A DNA stretch of 52,682 nt, counting the filler, from Circinaria calcarea (taxonomy: Eukaryota): the NCBI GenBank assembly GCA_051942165.1. It is 2 parts of 2 records of this genome, joined end to end, with 100 filler letters (N's around TTAATTAATTAA, not from the genome) between each part and the next. Parts side by side here need not be neighbours in the genome. Positions count along the whole stretch, not along the records: positions 26,420 to 52,682 come from JAVECS010000081.1; 1 more part is not named here. One strand, given 5' to 3'. This document shows positions 35,527 through 48,016 of the stretch, piece by piece; positions within the stretch are counted from its first letter, which is position 1, and each line of letters starts with the position of its first letter. The notes below the pieces were generated by a model. The model ran no database searches. It had not been told where the DNA came from and saw only the letters and a list, made by a program, of their open reading frames with translations. A program made the translations under genes and the position numbers.

Positions 35527-36393
35527 ATGTGTTGGAGCATACAGTAAAGTATTGCGTATTCGATACTTTCTTCTTTGCTTGGACTTACACACGCTCGCTT
35601 AGTTCTAATCTGGGCGTGCCCTTTTAAACAGTAAAGTGACAAGGAGACGGAGAAGTGCGAGACAAGCGGGATAGGTGTTACATTTTACATATAGCGGCAA
35701 GCTCATAAGCAGCTATAGACTTAAATGGCTATACAGAAAACCTACATCTCCCCCAACGTTGATTTCCTCGCGTGCTGGTCCAAAGTTTCCTTCGATTCCC
35801 CAACAACCATCTCATCCGCGTGCGGAGCATCTTCTCGTGCTTCTGGCCGTCGGTCTCTGGGGGATCTTTATATACACCGTCTGTCGCCTCGAGAATGTGT
35901 GTACCGGAGCGGGATATACAAAGAGACAGGTACGGCTTATGGATGAAAAGCAAGCAACGTAAAAAGCCAATCCGGTGCCGTATTTTCTCCACCAAAATGC
36001 CCTGCTGTGTCGGGAAAACCGCAGAAGCGAGGCAGCGGTTTCACGAGTTTTACCCCCAAAAACCGGGGATGATCTACTCTCGTCGCACAACAATGGGGAT
36101 TCCGGGTGACTTTCCGAATACGGATAGGCACCTCCCTTGTCCTGCATGAAATGCAATGGGCAGGCTGTTGAAAGAGTGGATGGAGTTACATGTACATCTA
36201 ATCGCAGCACCCGGTCCAACCATAAATAGACAAAGGTGATGGACCACACGTACCCCGCCTTAACTCACGCTCCTCAAGTGTATAGAAGGCTGATGACCAT
36301 CTGCTTGGTATACTTGGATTTACTAGAGACACCTGCGGACTTCCCAATATCAAAACCGATAGGGCCTATCTATCATAAGACTTCCTACTCACT

Positions 36394-37025
36394 ATGCCCA
36401 AAGGAAGCTGTCGTACGTCGGCTCAAATTTGCATCACGACAAATGATATTGACCTCACCTACTAGTCTGCGGGAAATGCACCATCCAGCACCGCGGCGAG
36501 CCTCAATTCAAGGTCTAATTCGTCCACCAGCTCTCTACCTCTTTCTACCATAGAGCTGACATTACCCTCTAGTCGCTCTGTCACTGCCAGGATTGCCGCA
36601 AAATTAGCGGTAGCAGCTACAGTACGAGCTTATGGATCGCAGATGGCGACTTCGAAGTGGTCTCCGGCACGCCCAGGGAATACACCAAGCCAACAGATAC
36701 GGGGAACACCATCACCTCGCACTTTTGTGCCGACTGTGGGAGCACGCTTTGGCGGAAGACAACTGGGTATCCGGTTCGAACTGCTGCAATTTCGCATGTC
36801 TGATCATGCTTGGCTGATGATGATGATAGGGAATGACAATCGTGAAGGTGGTCAGCTTCGATAGAGTGGCCTTGTTCATGTGCTGACTCTCTCTCTCAGG
36901 AGGGTACCATTGAGTCTATGGCCGAATCGAGGCCCACGGTAGAGTTTTATGCGGATCAAAGAGTTGGCTGGTGCCTTCCAGTCCCTGAAGCTGCACAATC
37001 AAACAAAGTCTCTCCAGCCCCATAG
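36394..37025 (+). CDS. GFA / Mss4-like (CENP-V) zinc-binding protein, multi-exon, not captured by the ORF track
   Basis: MPKGSC|LCGKC (intron 36413-36465), intron 36513-36572, then SLCHCQDCRKISG and TSHFCADCGSTLW; two further short introns (donors less certain) lead to EGTIES..RPTVEFYADQRVGW; stop 37023-37025. Confidence 0.82.
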
Positions 37026-37287
37026 AAATTTTGATAGAGGAAAAAATCAATTCCCGTCTCATACATGTTTCTTCATTGCCACGTTTTAAACTATACGTTT
37101 CAGCACATACTTTCCACTGATCACAATTGACATTTCAACATACTTTGTGCCCCCTTGAAATCATTCATATCCACTATCATATGCCTAAGGATAAGAAATC
37201 CACAAATCCACAGTCCACTCGTGTTTCACAATCGATTTAGACTCAATAATCACCGCAACTCTCTTCGGCACCATCCCAATATCAGTA

Positions 37288-40200
37288 TCAATCTTCAAGT
37301 ATTTCCCTCACCTTGTCTGCTGCCTGCTCCAGCGCTTGGCAAAACGGCCCTGTCTGCCCCTCTGTGCTCTGAACATAGAACCGACATCCATCCTCCTCGA
37401 CCTCATAATGCACCCATACACTTTTTGGATCCGGCATCAGAAACCCCGCCTCCTGCACCATCAACCCCTCCGACGCGTCCGTCTTGACCATCCTCGGGCT
37501 CGTCACATGCATCATCTCCCACGTCGGATCCGTGAAGAAGGCCGGTATCGGCTCATCTTCGTGCAGCATTTCCCGCAGCGCTTCCAAGTGAGCCGCAAAG
37601 CCCTTCCCTCTGCCGATCCTCATCATCGTGCTGGCGTGCGTGGTTGCAGCCTCGTAAAGTAGCCTCCGCCGCACGGCTACTCGAGTGTGGTCTTCAATGG
37701 CTGCGCTGCAGAAAGCGAACATGGCGGGCAAGACCACCTGCATCCAATCTAAGCGGCCGCTGTCGAAGGGCATCATGTTGAGTGTTTCCCAGCAAGGGTG
37801 TTGTTGGCCAAAGTGTAAGAGAGAGGCAAGTTGAATGATGAGCTGGCAACCGGTTTTGGATGGCAGTTTGTGGGTGCGAAGGAAGGTCATGCCGATGGTG
37901 GAAAGGTAGAAATGCGCGAATTCGGCCCGAGCATGGCTTGCTAGAAAGGTTCGGCGAACGCGACCAATATGGCTTTCAATCTCTTCGGTTGTGGTAAAGG
38001 TATGTTCCTGGACGATGTTTTCGCATCTATCACCCTGCAGCCCAAGCATGCCGGGGCGATCCTTGGCATTCTCATGAAGAGAGCCGTTGAGCTGCGCGTC
38101 GGGCTTATGATCGAGAATGCTCTGAGAGATGTATTGGTTGATCTGCTTGAGCGAGGCCGCATCGAGCATTGAGTGTTCACAAACATACGCCGAGACGCCA
38201 TTCTCGCAGATGACAAACTGCAAGGATTTGTCACTCCAGCGGTTGGAAGGATCGCCTAGTAGGAATTGATTGCATCGATTGGTTGGAGTATCTGGAGCTC
38301 CGTCATCAAGACAGACTATGAAGGCTGCGGCTTCTATCAGGTCAATCAACTCATCGTTCCTTGTGTCGACCGCCTTCACAGTCTTGCGAAGCTCCGCCCA
38401 AGAATCCCGTCCATCCGCGGACAGGGTAGCTACTGAGGGTAGCGTGGCCTGCGAGTTATCTATTATTGCTTCAAAGGCTGCTTTCAATTCGATGTAAGAT
38501 GCGTTTTCGCCTTGACTGATGAGCACCACTTTGAATATATGGCCTCGTCTCAAAGCAATAAGATAATCGTTTCCCGGGTACTGACACATTTCATCCTTAC
38601 CGACACATGCCCTACGGTTAGCATTGAAAAGCCACCGTAACGATTTCATACAAATGGGCTCTTCGTTCAGGTAGTCTTGCTCGGGTTTCCCAGCGTTAAT
38701 TCGCTGCTTAAACTTGTAGGCGGCCACTGATATAACCGCGGCCCGTTCTGCCTGACCGTGTGGGATGTCAGTTAAGAGATGAACACCATAGAATATCCCG
38801 TATGGATAAACGGGATCACGTCTCGAAAGGTATATGCCGTTGACTTGTAGGTCATGTTGCCAGCTATCTATTTGCGGATCCTGTGTCCGTTCCATGAGTC
38901 GCTTCTGCAATTGCCAGCCAGAACCTTTTCGGAAATTTTGTATTGAGTCGGAGGCGTGCTTAAATCCGTCTTCGGGTAGGAAAGCGCTAGCCGAAGTCAA
39001 ATAGAGGTCAAGAGTCTCATCCAGATCAGGAAGAGGAAGCTGAGGAAGCGAAGGAATTGGATCGCCGTTATGTTGACTTTGGCCGAAAAACTGCTTTTGC
39101 TCCAAGGTGGCTGTTTCCTTTTTATATGCTTTGGCGCCCTCATACTGCTCCGATTTGGTTTGAGGGTCGTGGTGAATGAACGTCATTCTGGAAGCGATCT
39201 TTGCACTGAGTGCTACAATGCTAGGTCCATCGAGGATTTCAGAAGCTTGAATAGCTGCATCAAATTCCTGGGCAATCCAGTTCTTCAGCTCGATGGCAGT
39301 TAGAGAATCCAGACCAAAGCTCATTAAAGGTGATTCCCAGCTAATCTTGTCGTAGCTGAGAGCAACAAGAACAGATAGCTTTCTAGCTATTGCTTCAATG
39401 ATAATTTGATGTTTCTCGATGAGACTTTGAGCGCATGCAACGACCTCCTTCTTGCTTCTGACGACGGAATTATTCTGACTGTGCCCGTCACTGGCGTGAG
39501 GAATTTGCAAGTGGACAAAAATTGGACTCCGTGTGGTAGGAGTCGCATTTTCTGCTTTTCCTATTGATGCCCCATCGATTCCTATTACGGCTTGTCGGCG
39601 TTGATCTTTACGAGCCTCGGGAGAGATGGCGTAGTCCAGAAATGCTAGCAGTTCCTCGGATTTGACCGGGATCCATCCTTGTCGAAGCAGATTCTGCAGC
39701 CGAGCCTGACCCTCAGTGTCTTCGTAGGCGGAAGTACCCTCAATCATTCCAAGGTTGAGGGACATGTAATGTGTTTTTGAACTCATTTCGTTATGGGCGA
39801 CGGCATCCTGGAAAGTGTTTCCTGCCGCATAATTCGCTTGTCCCTTGCTGCCAACAGTACCACTGAGGGATGAGAGCATTATGAAAAAATCAAGAGGCGA
39901 GGTCTGAAATGCTCTATTCAAACAGCGCGTGCCATGCATTTTGCTTTGTAGCGGAACCCCAAACACGTCTGCGGTCATACGCTCAAGAACGCGATCCTAT
40001 TTAGTAAAAGTCAGAATCGACAACAGGTGTATGCGAAAATTCAGGCCTCACTTGTAACACCGTGGCCGACTGTATAACCCCTCTGACAGGCGGTAGACCT
40101 ATTGCTTCAAAGCCGGCTACTACCTCCTGGAGCATTAGCATATTTGAGATATCACAAGCTATGCTGTAGAATACAAGACCAGCCGATGTCGATCGAAGGT

Positions 40201-43200
40201 CGTCTTGAAAAGCTTGCTTTTCATCAAGGTCCAAAGTTCTTCGGGACAGAGTTACCAGATATTTTGCACCACGGCTAGCCATTAGATGACAGAGCCTTCG
40301 ACCTAAGTCTCCAAGCCCTCCTGCGATCACATATGTGGAATCCCCATCAAGCTGTGACACAGTGTGATGAGTACTCAGAACATCCACTTGAGTAAACTCA
40401 TCACCTTCAAGAACTACCTTTCCAATAAAATTTTCAGCCCGAGCCGTTTGGAAAGCACTTCTAACATCGGCTACTGAGAAAGTAGTGACATATTGGTCGG
40501 CAACAAGAGTACCTGCTTCAATCATCGACATGACCTTCCGCAGTAGCATTGCTACCTTCTGTGGCTGGCGCCCAGTTAGAGAAGCCAAGTCGAATGATAA
40601 AACAGTTATGTTCTTGTCAGTTGTGGGTATCTTCATCGGGGTGTTAAGATGAGCCTCTGGCTCTCCGACCAGAATGTAGACGCCAAATAATGCTAGAAAA
40701 TGCCGAGACTCAAAGTTCGAGTCGGCTGCAAGGGAATTCAGCACAACGTTTACACCTTTGCCTTGCGTTAACCGAAGGACGCTGTTCTTTAGACCGGGTG
40801 CTGTCTCCGAGAATATACGCATAGACGAGAGCTCGTATCTTTTGACGAGATTTTCTCGTTCTGCAAGACTTGAGACGGTACAAAAAACCTCAGCTCCAAT
40901 AGAGCGCGCAATAGCAAGCGCTGCCTGTCCGATAGCTCCGGCAGCTCGGTGAATTAGAATTGTCTGTCCTTTCTGCAGGTCTGCAAACTCTACCAAGCCG
41001 TAGTATGCAGCCATGAAAGGCAATGGTAGCGCCGCTCCTACTGCCAGAGATACGGAATCCGGCAAACGATGAGCATTTTCACTTCCAATTCGCAGACGGC
41101 TTGAATAAGGCACTCCATCATGACTCCATGCGCAGACCCGATCACCTACCTGGAATTTCACCCTTGCCTCCGAGCCAACCGTTCTCACAGTACCTGCGAA
41201 CTCGCGTATCTTGGTAAACGAGGGTCTTGTTTGACATAGGAAATCGGTGACGTCCCTAGGGCTGACGGCGTGCGCCTCCACGGCTATTTCTATGCATGAC
41301 GGGTCGAGAAATGTCGGCCCTGGTTCCTCGACGACGTAACGCAGACTCTCAATGGATCCTGGTCTAAGCATCTTAAGCTTAACGGGCCGTTCCAGCCGCC
41401 CGTAAGCATGCCTCTCAACCGTCATCTCACCAGCTGTTCTAGACATCCAGCTATTTATTTTCTCATCGGGTATGAGGCGAGGAATAAGTACTTTGCCATC
41501 CCGGTACGTGTATTCCGCCTCAGTTATCTGACCAATTTGCTTGGTAGAGTGAAACGATTTTGAGAGGATATCTGTTATCGCATTTAATAAGTTCTGCGAC
41601 CAGCTATGAATGGCTTCTTGCACATCAAAAGTAATAAACTTTAGATTTTCATTCTCGGCACGTGCGCTGCGAGCCAGGCCTGTGACTAGCCCTTTTTCTG
41701 GATTCATAATAGCAGAAGGTTCTTCTTGAGCACTTAACCAAAAGACACTGGCTTTCCCTCCAGCTAGCTGAGTAATCTGCTTGAATCGGTCCGGACTACA
41801 GTTGATTAGCTGCGGCTTCTGACCATTATCTATTATAATATAGATTATTTGGCTTTTGAGTAGATCCGAACACCATGTTATTAGAGACGTTTTAAAGCCG
41901 TGATCATTTAATGCCAAAGAAAGCTTATGTCCGAGCATCTCCGTTCCGTTTTCAGCGATGATTTCGATCGGGTGAATAGGAGTCTCATACCCCGCAATAA
42001 TAGCTCTGGACACCATCACGGTACCTAGTTGTCTCGTACGGTTATTCTGCTCGAGGGTAAGCTCCACACCGCTAAATGAATAACGTTGTAGGGTATTGTG
42101 CCACTGAATCTGCGAGAGAGGAGAGCTCTCTTCGGCGATCAACATCAGTCGTCCACCTAGCCTAAGAAGCTTGCGGATATTTGTCATGGTATGCTCTAAA
42201 GAATTTGTTTTGCAAAGGTTGGTAGTAGCAAGAACCAAGTCATACGAGTGTTCTACAAACCCCTGTTGAACGGGTTCATGTGTAATGTCCAAAGCTCTGA
42301 AATGTACCACACCAATCCAATCCTGGAGAAGGTCCTTTGCCTGATGGAATGATTCTATCGAAGTGTCGGTGAAGTCATAGCGATTGAAGAACGTGAAAAC
42401 TTCGTCGTTTAATGCCCGCAAAAAAGAAAGCGCAGTGGGTCCTGTTCCTGCTTGCAGTTGTAATAGCTTCATGTTCGAGTACTTGAAGTACATGTGCTTT
42501 AAGTATTCGTGAAGAGTTATAGAGCATGAAGACGTCTTGGTTTTGCGTGGGAAATAATCAACATCCGTGGCCCATATCATTTGGTAAACCATCTTAGATG
42601 CCGCTAGAGCATTTGATTCGCCTGTACGCGGATGTCCGAATCCACGAAGTTCGGCTCTCGAGATCGTAAGCACCGGCTCATGCTTCGTCCGCGGACCTGC
42701 TTCATATGCAAGCAGATCTGCATTTGCGGACCTCGCTCCATTGGGAGCAAGCGTGGTGACTGAGAGCAGTTTCTTCCCTCGAGTATTTGTAATGTCTGCT
42801 GAAACCGTGATCTCACCGACAAATACTGGCATAATAGAACCAGGACCGTAATGCTGGGAGTAAAGTGGAAGGGCAGTGTGCATAAGCGCATCCAATGTAG
42901 TAGGATGAATAACGTGTGGTTGCATATAATTTGAAGGCATGACAGACTGAACATCGGGGATATATATCTGACCAACCGCCTGAAAGTTGCCCAGGCGTAG
43001 CTCATGTATAGCAGCAAAAAGAGGACCATAAACATTGCCATTAGCCCGAAGCTGGTCGTAAATTTTGTTAGACGTCAGTACTTGTGGATATCGTACGGTA
43101 TCCAGAAACTCTTCTTCAGTAGCCATCGCTTTTGGATAAAGGTCGTTCGGATAGCCCTCCATGAGAGATGAGACTAAGTCCACTGTTATCAACCCACGGC

Positions 43201-46200
43201 AATGTTCATACCAGATCTCATCCTGCGAGAAAGCATAAACGCGGAATTTATACCACAAGCCTGTTGCACTCTTTTCCGTTCTAAAGCTAAGCTGGATCTC
43301 GACTCTCCCAGGAGCATCTGGAATGACAAGCGCTTTCGAAAATAGCACATTTTTCAAGATAAATTTCTGGATACCCTGGCCTAGAGGGAGATCATGGGTG
43401 AACTGACGAATCGCCTCAACAGCCATACATATATACCCAGCTCCTGGAAATATAATAAGACCATCAACCACATGTTCCGCTAGCCATGGCGTACTTTCAA
43501 TACCGAGGACATATCGCCACCTGGGTTCCAGGGAAGTGCTGCCAACTATACGTACACCTAACAGATCGTGAGATGGGTGCTGGCGCAGACGGTAGTCTTT
43601 ACTAAGGCGAGACTCGTACCAGTAGGTATTGGAATGATCCCAAGGATATGTAGGTAGATTATGCATGACGGCAGAAAGGCGTTGTGAATGGTTTAGGCAA
43701 TTAGCGATTTTTAGGTTGATTGGATATCCATATTCGAACATTTTCCCGGCAAGTTCTAGCATGCTACGTACAGCACTCCGACCCCTGATTAATGTTGGGA
43801 GGTAACCATACCTAAACGAGCCGAATCGGTGGGCGATGGTCTGCCGTATGGGTCCAGCCAGTACGCTGTGAGGACCAACCTCAATTAGGATATGAATTGG
43901 TTGGGTTATATTCGAGTGTGATCTTGCGAGGTATATACTACAATACTCCTGCAAAGCGTCGTAGAAACGAACCTTCGAGATAAGATTTTCCATCCAATAT
44001 GGTGCTCCAAAGTTGAATGTTTTCTCCACCGCTGTGACTGTCGACATGAATTTAACGTTATCTCGTAATGATTGAGTATCGATAACATCCATTGAGCGAA
44101 GATATTCATTTGCCACCTTTTGCATATGATGGGAGTGGTATGCGGTATCCACTTTGAGTCTCCGGCAAAAGATGTTTCGTTGGCTTAGTATTACCTCAAG
44201 CTCGAGAACAGCCTCTAGATCACCGGAAATAGTGGTACTAGTTGGGCTGTTAATGCAAGCTATAGAAACGATGCCTCTTCGCGTTTGAGTAAGTAAAGGC
44301 GATAGCTGATCTTCCCCGAGGCCGACCGAAAGCATGGCACCTTCCTTCGAAACCATCTGCCTGCAAAGGCTTGATATTGAGCTGCGGTGGTATGACACTT
44401 TGAGGGCCATCGCTTGAGATAATACCCCTGCACTGTATGCTGCAGCAATTTCCCCGCTTGAATGGCCAAGCACCATGTTCGGGTTGATATTAATGCTAGC
44501 AAGTAGATCTATAAGAGCAATCTGAAGAGCAGTGCAGGCAGGTTGGGCGAGTTGACTTTGATTGATCCGGGAATCAGGTTCGTTAACCAAGAGCTCGTTC
44601 ATCAGACTCCAAGTAGCTCCCAGCTCCCGCAGAATTTTGTCTGACCTAATGAGAGAGTCTGCAAATCGTGACTGAGTATAGACCAATTCGCGCCCCATCG
44701 CGAACCACTGAGCGCCTTGGCCGGTGAACACAAATCCGACTTGAATATCAGAGCAGGTCTTATTCACCCTCAGATCTTTATGGTTCAACGATGCCATGAT
44801 TTCTTGATGAGAGCTCGCAACGAAGCTATAGCGCCATTGCATCATTGATCGACGGCTTGAGAGGTTATACGCTAAATCATACAAATAACGCTCACAGTCA
44901 TGCTTCGTAGACGCCCAGCTTTTCAGCCTTTCCATGTAATCATAAAGCGATTTCTCGGATTTCGCTGATACGACAAGTAATTGTGGTGCAAGATTTCGAG
45001 CAGCGCTAGAATCTTGATGTCTATTGTCAGACTCGGTTGTCGTTATTATGCCGTTATTAGACTGGCTGTTATCGCTATTTGCGGCCTTCTGATCGATACC
45101 TCTGGTTATTTCTTGTTTTGGAATAGTTTGGGCTTCTTGGGTTATTAATAACCCCTGGGCGTTGCCAACTCGAAGCTCGCGATTCAGAGTTTGTTTCACA
45201 TAATCATCAATAATCGTGTATGGCTGATTTTTTCCATTTGGTGCAATGGTGGTGCAGGCAGACTCGAGGATAACATGTGCATTTGTGCCACCATAACCAA
45301 AACTATTCACAGAAGCTCGACGTACTCCCAGCTCGGGCCAAGGCTCCAGTTTCAATGGTATCTAGCTGAGGTTAGGTGATATTTAACAGTAGAGAGACTT
45401 TACAAATTACCTTGATTTTCCATTTTCCGAGTTTCAGATCTTTCTTTGGGGTTTGGAAGTCTGCGTTGGGTGGTATATATCCTTTCTCAAGAATAAGGAC
45501 GGTCTTAATCAGCCCGGCCAATCCACTGGAGCTCTCAAGGTGCCCGATATTTGACTTGATAGAACCAACGTAGAGAGAGTTTTGGGAATGATCGTCTTTA
45601 CAAAAAACGTTTCTTATTGCCCTTAACTCAGCGAGATCACCGGCACTAGTACCAGTCCCATGCGCTTCTATATAGCGGGTATTTTGTGGGTCAAGATTAG
45701 CATATCTATAAATAGATTGCTGGAGACTTTCCTGTGCTTCTTGACTAGGCAACGAGATTCCGGAGGTTTTCCCATCCTGATTAACCGCTGAGTTGCGGAT
45801 AATAGCACGTATGCTATCCGTTGCCTTTAGAGCATCATCAAGTCGTTTTAGAATAATCACGACCACACCTTCGCCACGACCGTATCCGGATCCTCTAGCA
45901 TCAAAGGGATAAGATCTTCCGGTATCGTTAAGCATACTATCATCATAATATTAGTCAAAGCCAGGTATTAAAGAAAGGTCTTACAGACTGCAAATTACTC
46001 ATTCCGAACATATGATCAGGATTTAATATAAGGTTGACCCCAGAAACCACGGCCATATCTGACTCTCCAGTGCGTAGGCTTTGACATGCCAGGTGTAAAG
46101 CAACCATGCTGCCGGAACAGCCAGTATCTAGGGTCATAGAAGGACCCCTGAGGTCAAAAATATATGAAATCCGGTTGGAGATGATTGCTTCACCACTTCC

Positions 46201-46653
46201 AGTAGTCTGATATTTAGGTATATCACTAGGGTCTTTGTATATATTACGGTCATAATCCCGCGTAAACATTGCATTGTAGACTGCTGTTTTCGAGCCTCGG
46301 ACTGCTTCTGCTGGGATACCTGCATTCTCGAAAGCTTCATATGTGGTTTCAAGAAGAAGCCGCTGCTGAGGATCCATCGACTGGGCTTCGACAGGTGATA
46401 TACCGAAAAAGGTAGTATCAAAAGCAGCTATATCCTGAGTAATAAAGTGACCTCCACGATGGTTAGTGGTCCCATTATTATCTGGATTTGGATGGTAAAA
46501 TGCAGCTTCATTGAACCTTTGAGCAGGAACCGATGACCAGGTATTCCATCCTTCAAGTAGGAGTTGCCACAACTCCTCCGTATTTGTAACACCTCCTGGT
46601 AAGCGGCAACCAATGCCAATTATGGCGATCGGATTTGGTGTCTGCATTGCCAT
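37288..46653 (-). CDS. HR-PKS with C-terminal carnitine/choline acyltransferase domain (KS-AT-DH-psiMT-ER?-KR-ACP-cAT), ~3069 aa
   Basis: Introns 45937-45988, 45362-45410, 39997-40051 (9210 nt CDS). KS DTGCSGS/HGTGT/GHLES; AT GHSSG and AYHSHHM; DH HVVDGLIIFP; KR GGLGDLG, VLQ|D, YAAGN; ACP GLDSLTAIEL; cAT LPQLPLPDLDETL, NRWSDKSLQF, CEHSMLD. Confidence 0.95.
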
Positions 46654-48016
46654 CAACAGTCTGTTTATGATCGTGCCCCAACAGTAGGTAAGTTATTATC
46701 CAGGGCACGTTAAGGATATTGTGCAAGAAACGGTGTCTGTCGGGAATCTTGAATTCGGTAAGAAAATCTCCCCGGGGAGAGAATGGACAGATTGATAAAG
46801 ATTGCTCCTGCTAAAGAATCGTCTGAGATGCAGCAAAACCCAGATTTCGAACTATCATGAATCACTTAGAAGTAACATAAGCAGCGATGAAGGTTAGGAA
46901 AGAGGCAGAATCAAGGCGCAACCCCGAGGGTGATTTTCAGTGCAAAACAAGGCACATTATGATCATTAGCTTCAGTCTGGGGAACGCCGTGGCTACAAAG
47001 TCGAAAAAGCCTCGGCTACTGGCAGCGGTGTGCAAACGGAGGTGCCATCCTATGCAGCTTTTGTTAGGACCATGTTTCTCGACCGTTCCTTCTGCAATTC
47101 GCGTCGTAATGGCTGACATGTTGATGGTTATCACTCGCTTCGTCTCGAATAGGAAGCAACACCGGGCCACATCTTTCGGCGTCGATCTTACACGGCGATC
47201 AGGATTACAACGCACAGATATGCGGGTCACTGCAATCGAAGGAATAAAATCGGTGTAGCAGAGGAAGTGAAGAGTGGGACGCGAAATGCGGCGTAAGGTA
47301 TCTTAGTTATGGAGTGTGAGTCGACGATCGAGGAGTTTGAGCAGCACCGTCAACAAGCATGCGCATCTGCAACGCATATCGGGGGTCGAGCCCAATGCTC
47401 CAAGGGGTTTGAAGTGGAAATGGAGACGTTGAGCCGAGTATGACGACAATAATATATATTCGATGCCCTTCATAGGTGAGCGAGCAGGAGCTACTAGATG
47501 CTTAGTTTGAAACGCAAGGTAAAGCAGGTTTGCAGAATTTCTCAAAAAAGAGATAATTCAGTTCCCTTACGATAAGGTCTGGTAATACTCCGGAAAACAG
47601 CCGTTCAAAATACGAAACAGTACGGTACTACTCCGTAGCCTTACCATAATCCAATCGGGCCACGAGAACTCCGAGCCTTAAGAGTTCGCGTTCGGCAAAC
47701 AAATGCCGCAGCTGAAGTTGCTTTGCCTCTCATCTAAATAAAATCTCCCCAGTCTCGTTCTTGAATCAGCAAGCGCCCGAATATATTCCTTTCCTATTGG
47801 GTGTTATGGCATACCTGTGACGCCCCAAAAGTTGCTGCCTTATCTATCCCTGCGATGTGATATGCAATGGCACGGTTGAGCACATGCATGTTTTTCGCCG
47901 ACAAAGGGCCGGGATTAAATGGAATGTACAATTATTCTAGACAACGATGATCAAATACCTTGTCCTTTCCAGCCCGCATCATTAACACAAGACTAGACAA
48001 TACCTTGAATCAAAAA

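Noticed and set aside
35675..36249. Stack of overlapping ORFs on both strands
   Set aside because: No family motif or convincing gene structure could be identified.
6893..46619. Numerous 60-170-aa antisense or alternate-frame ORFs inside the PKS, SDR and WD40 genes
   Set aside because: Shadow ORFs of long coding regions with no independent motifs.
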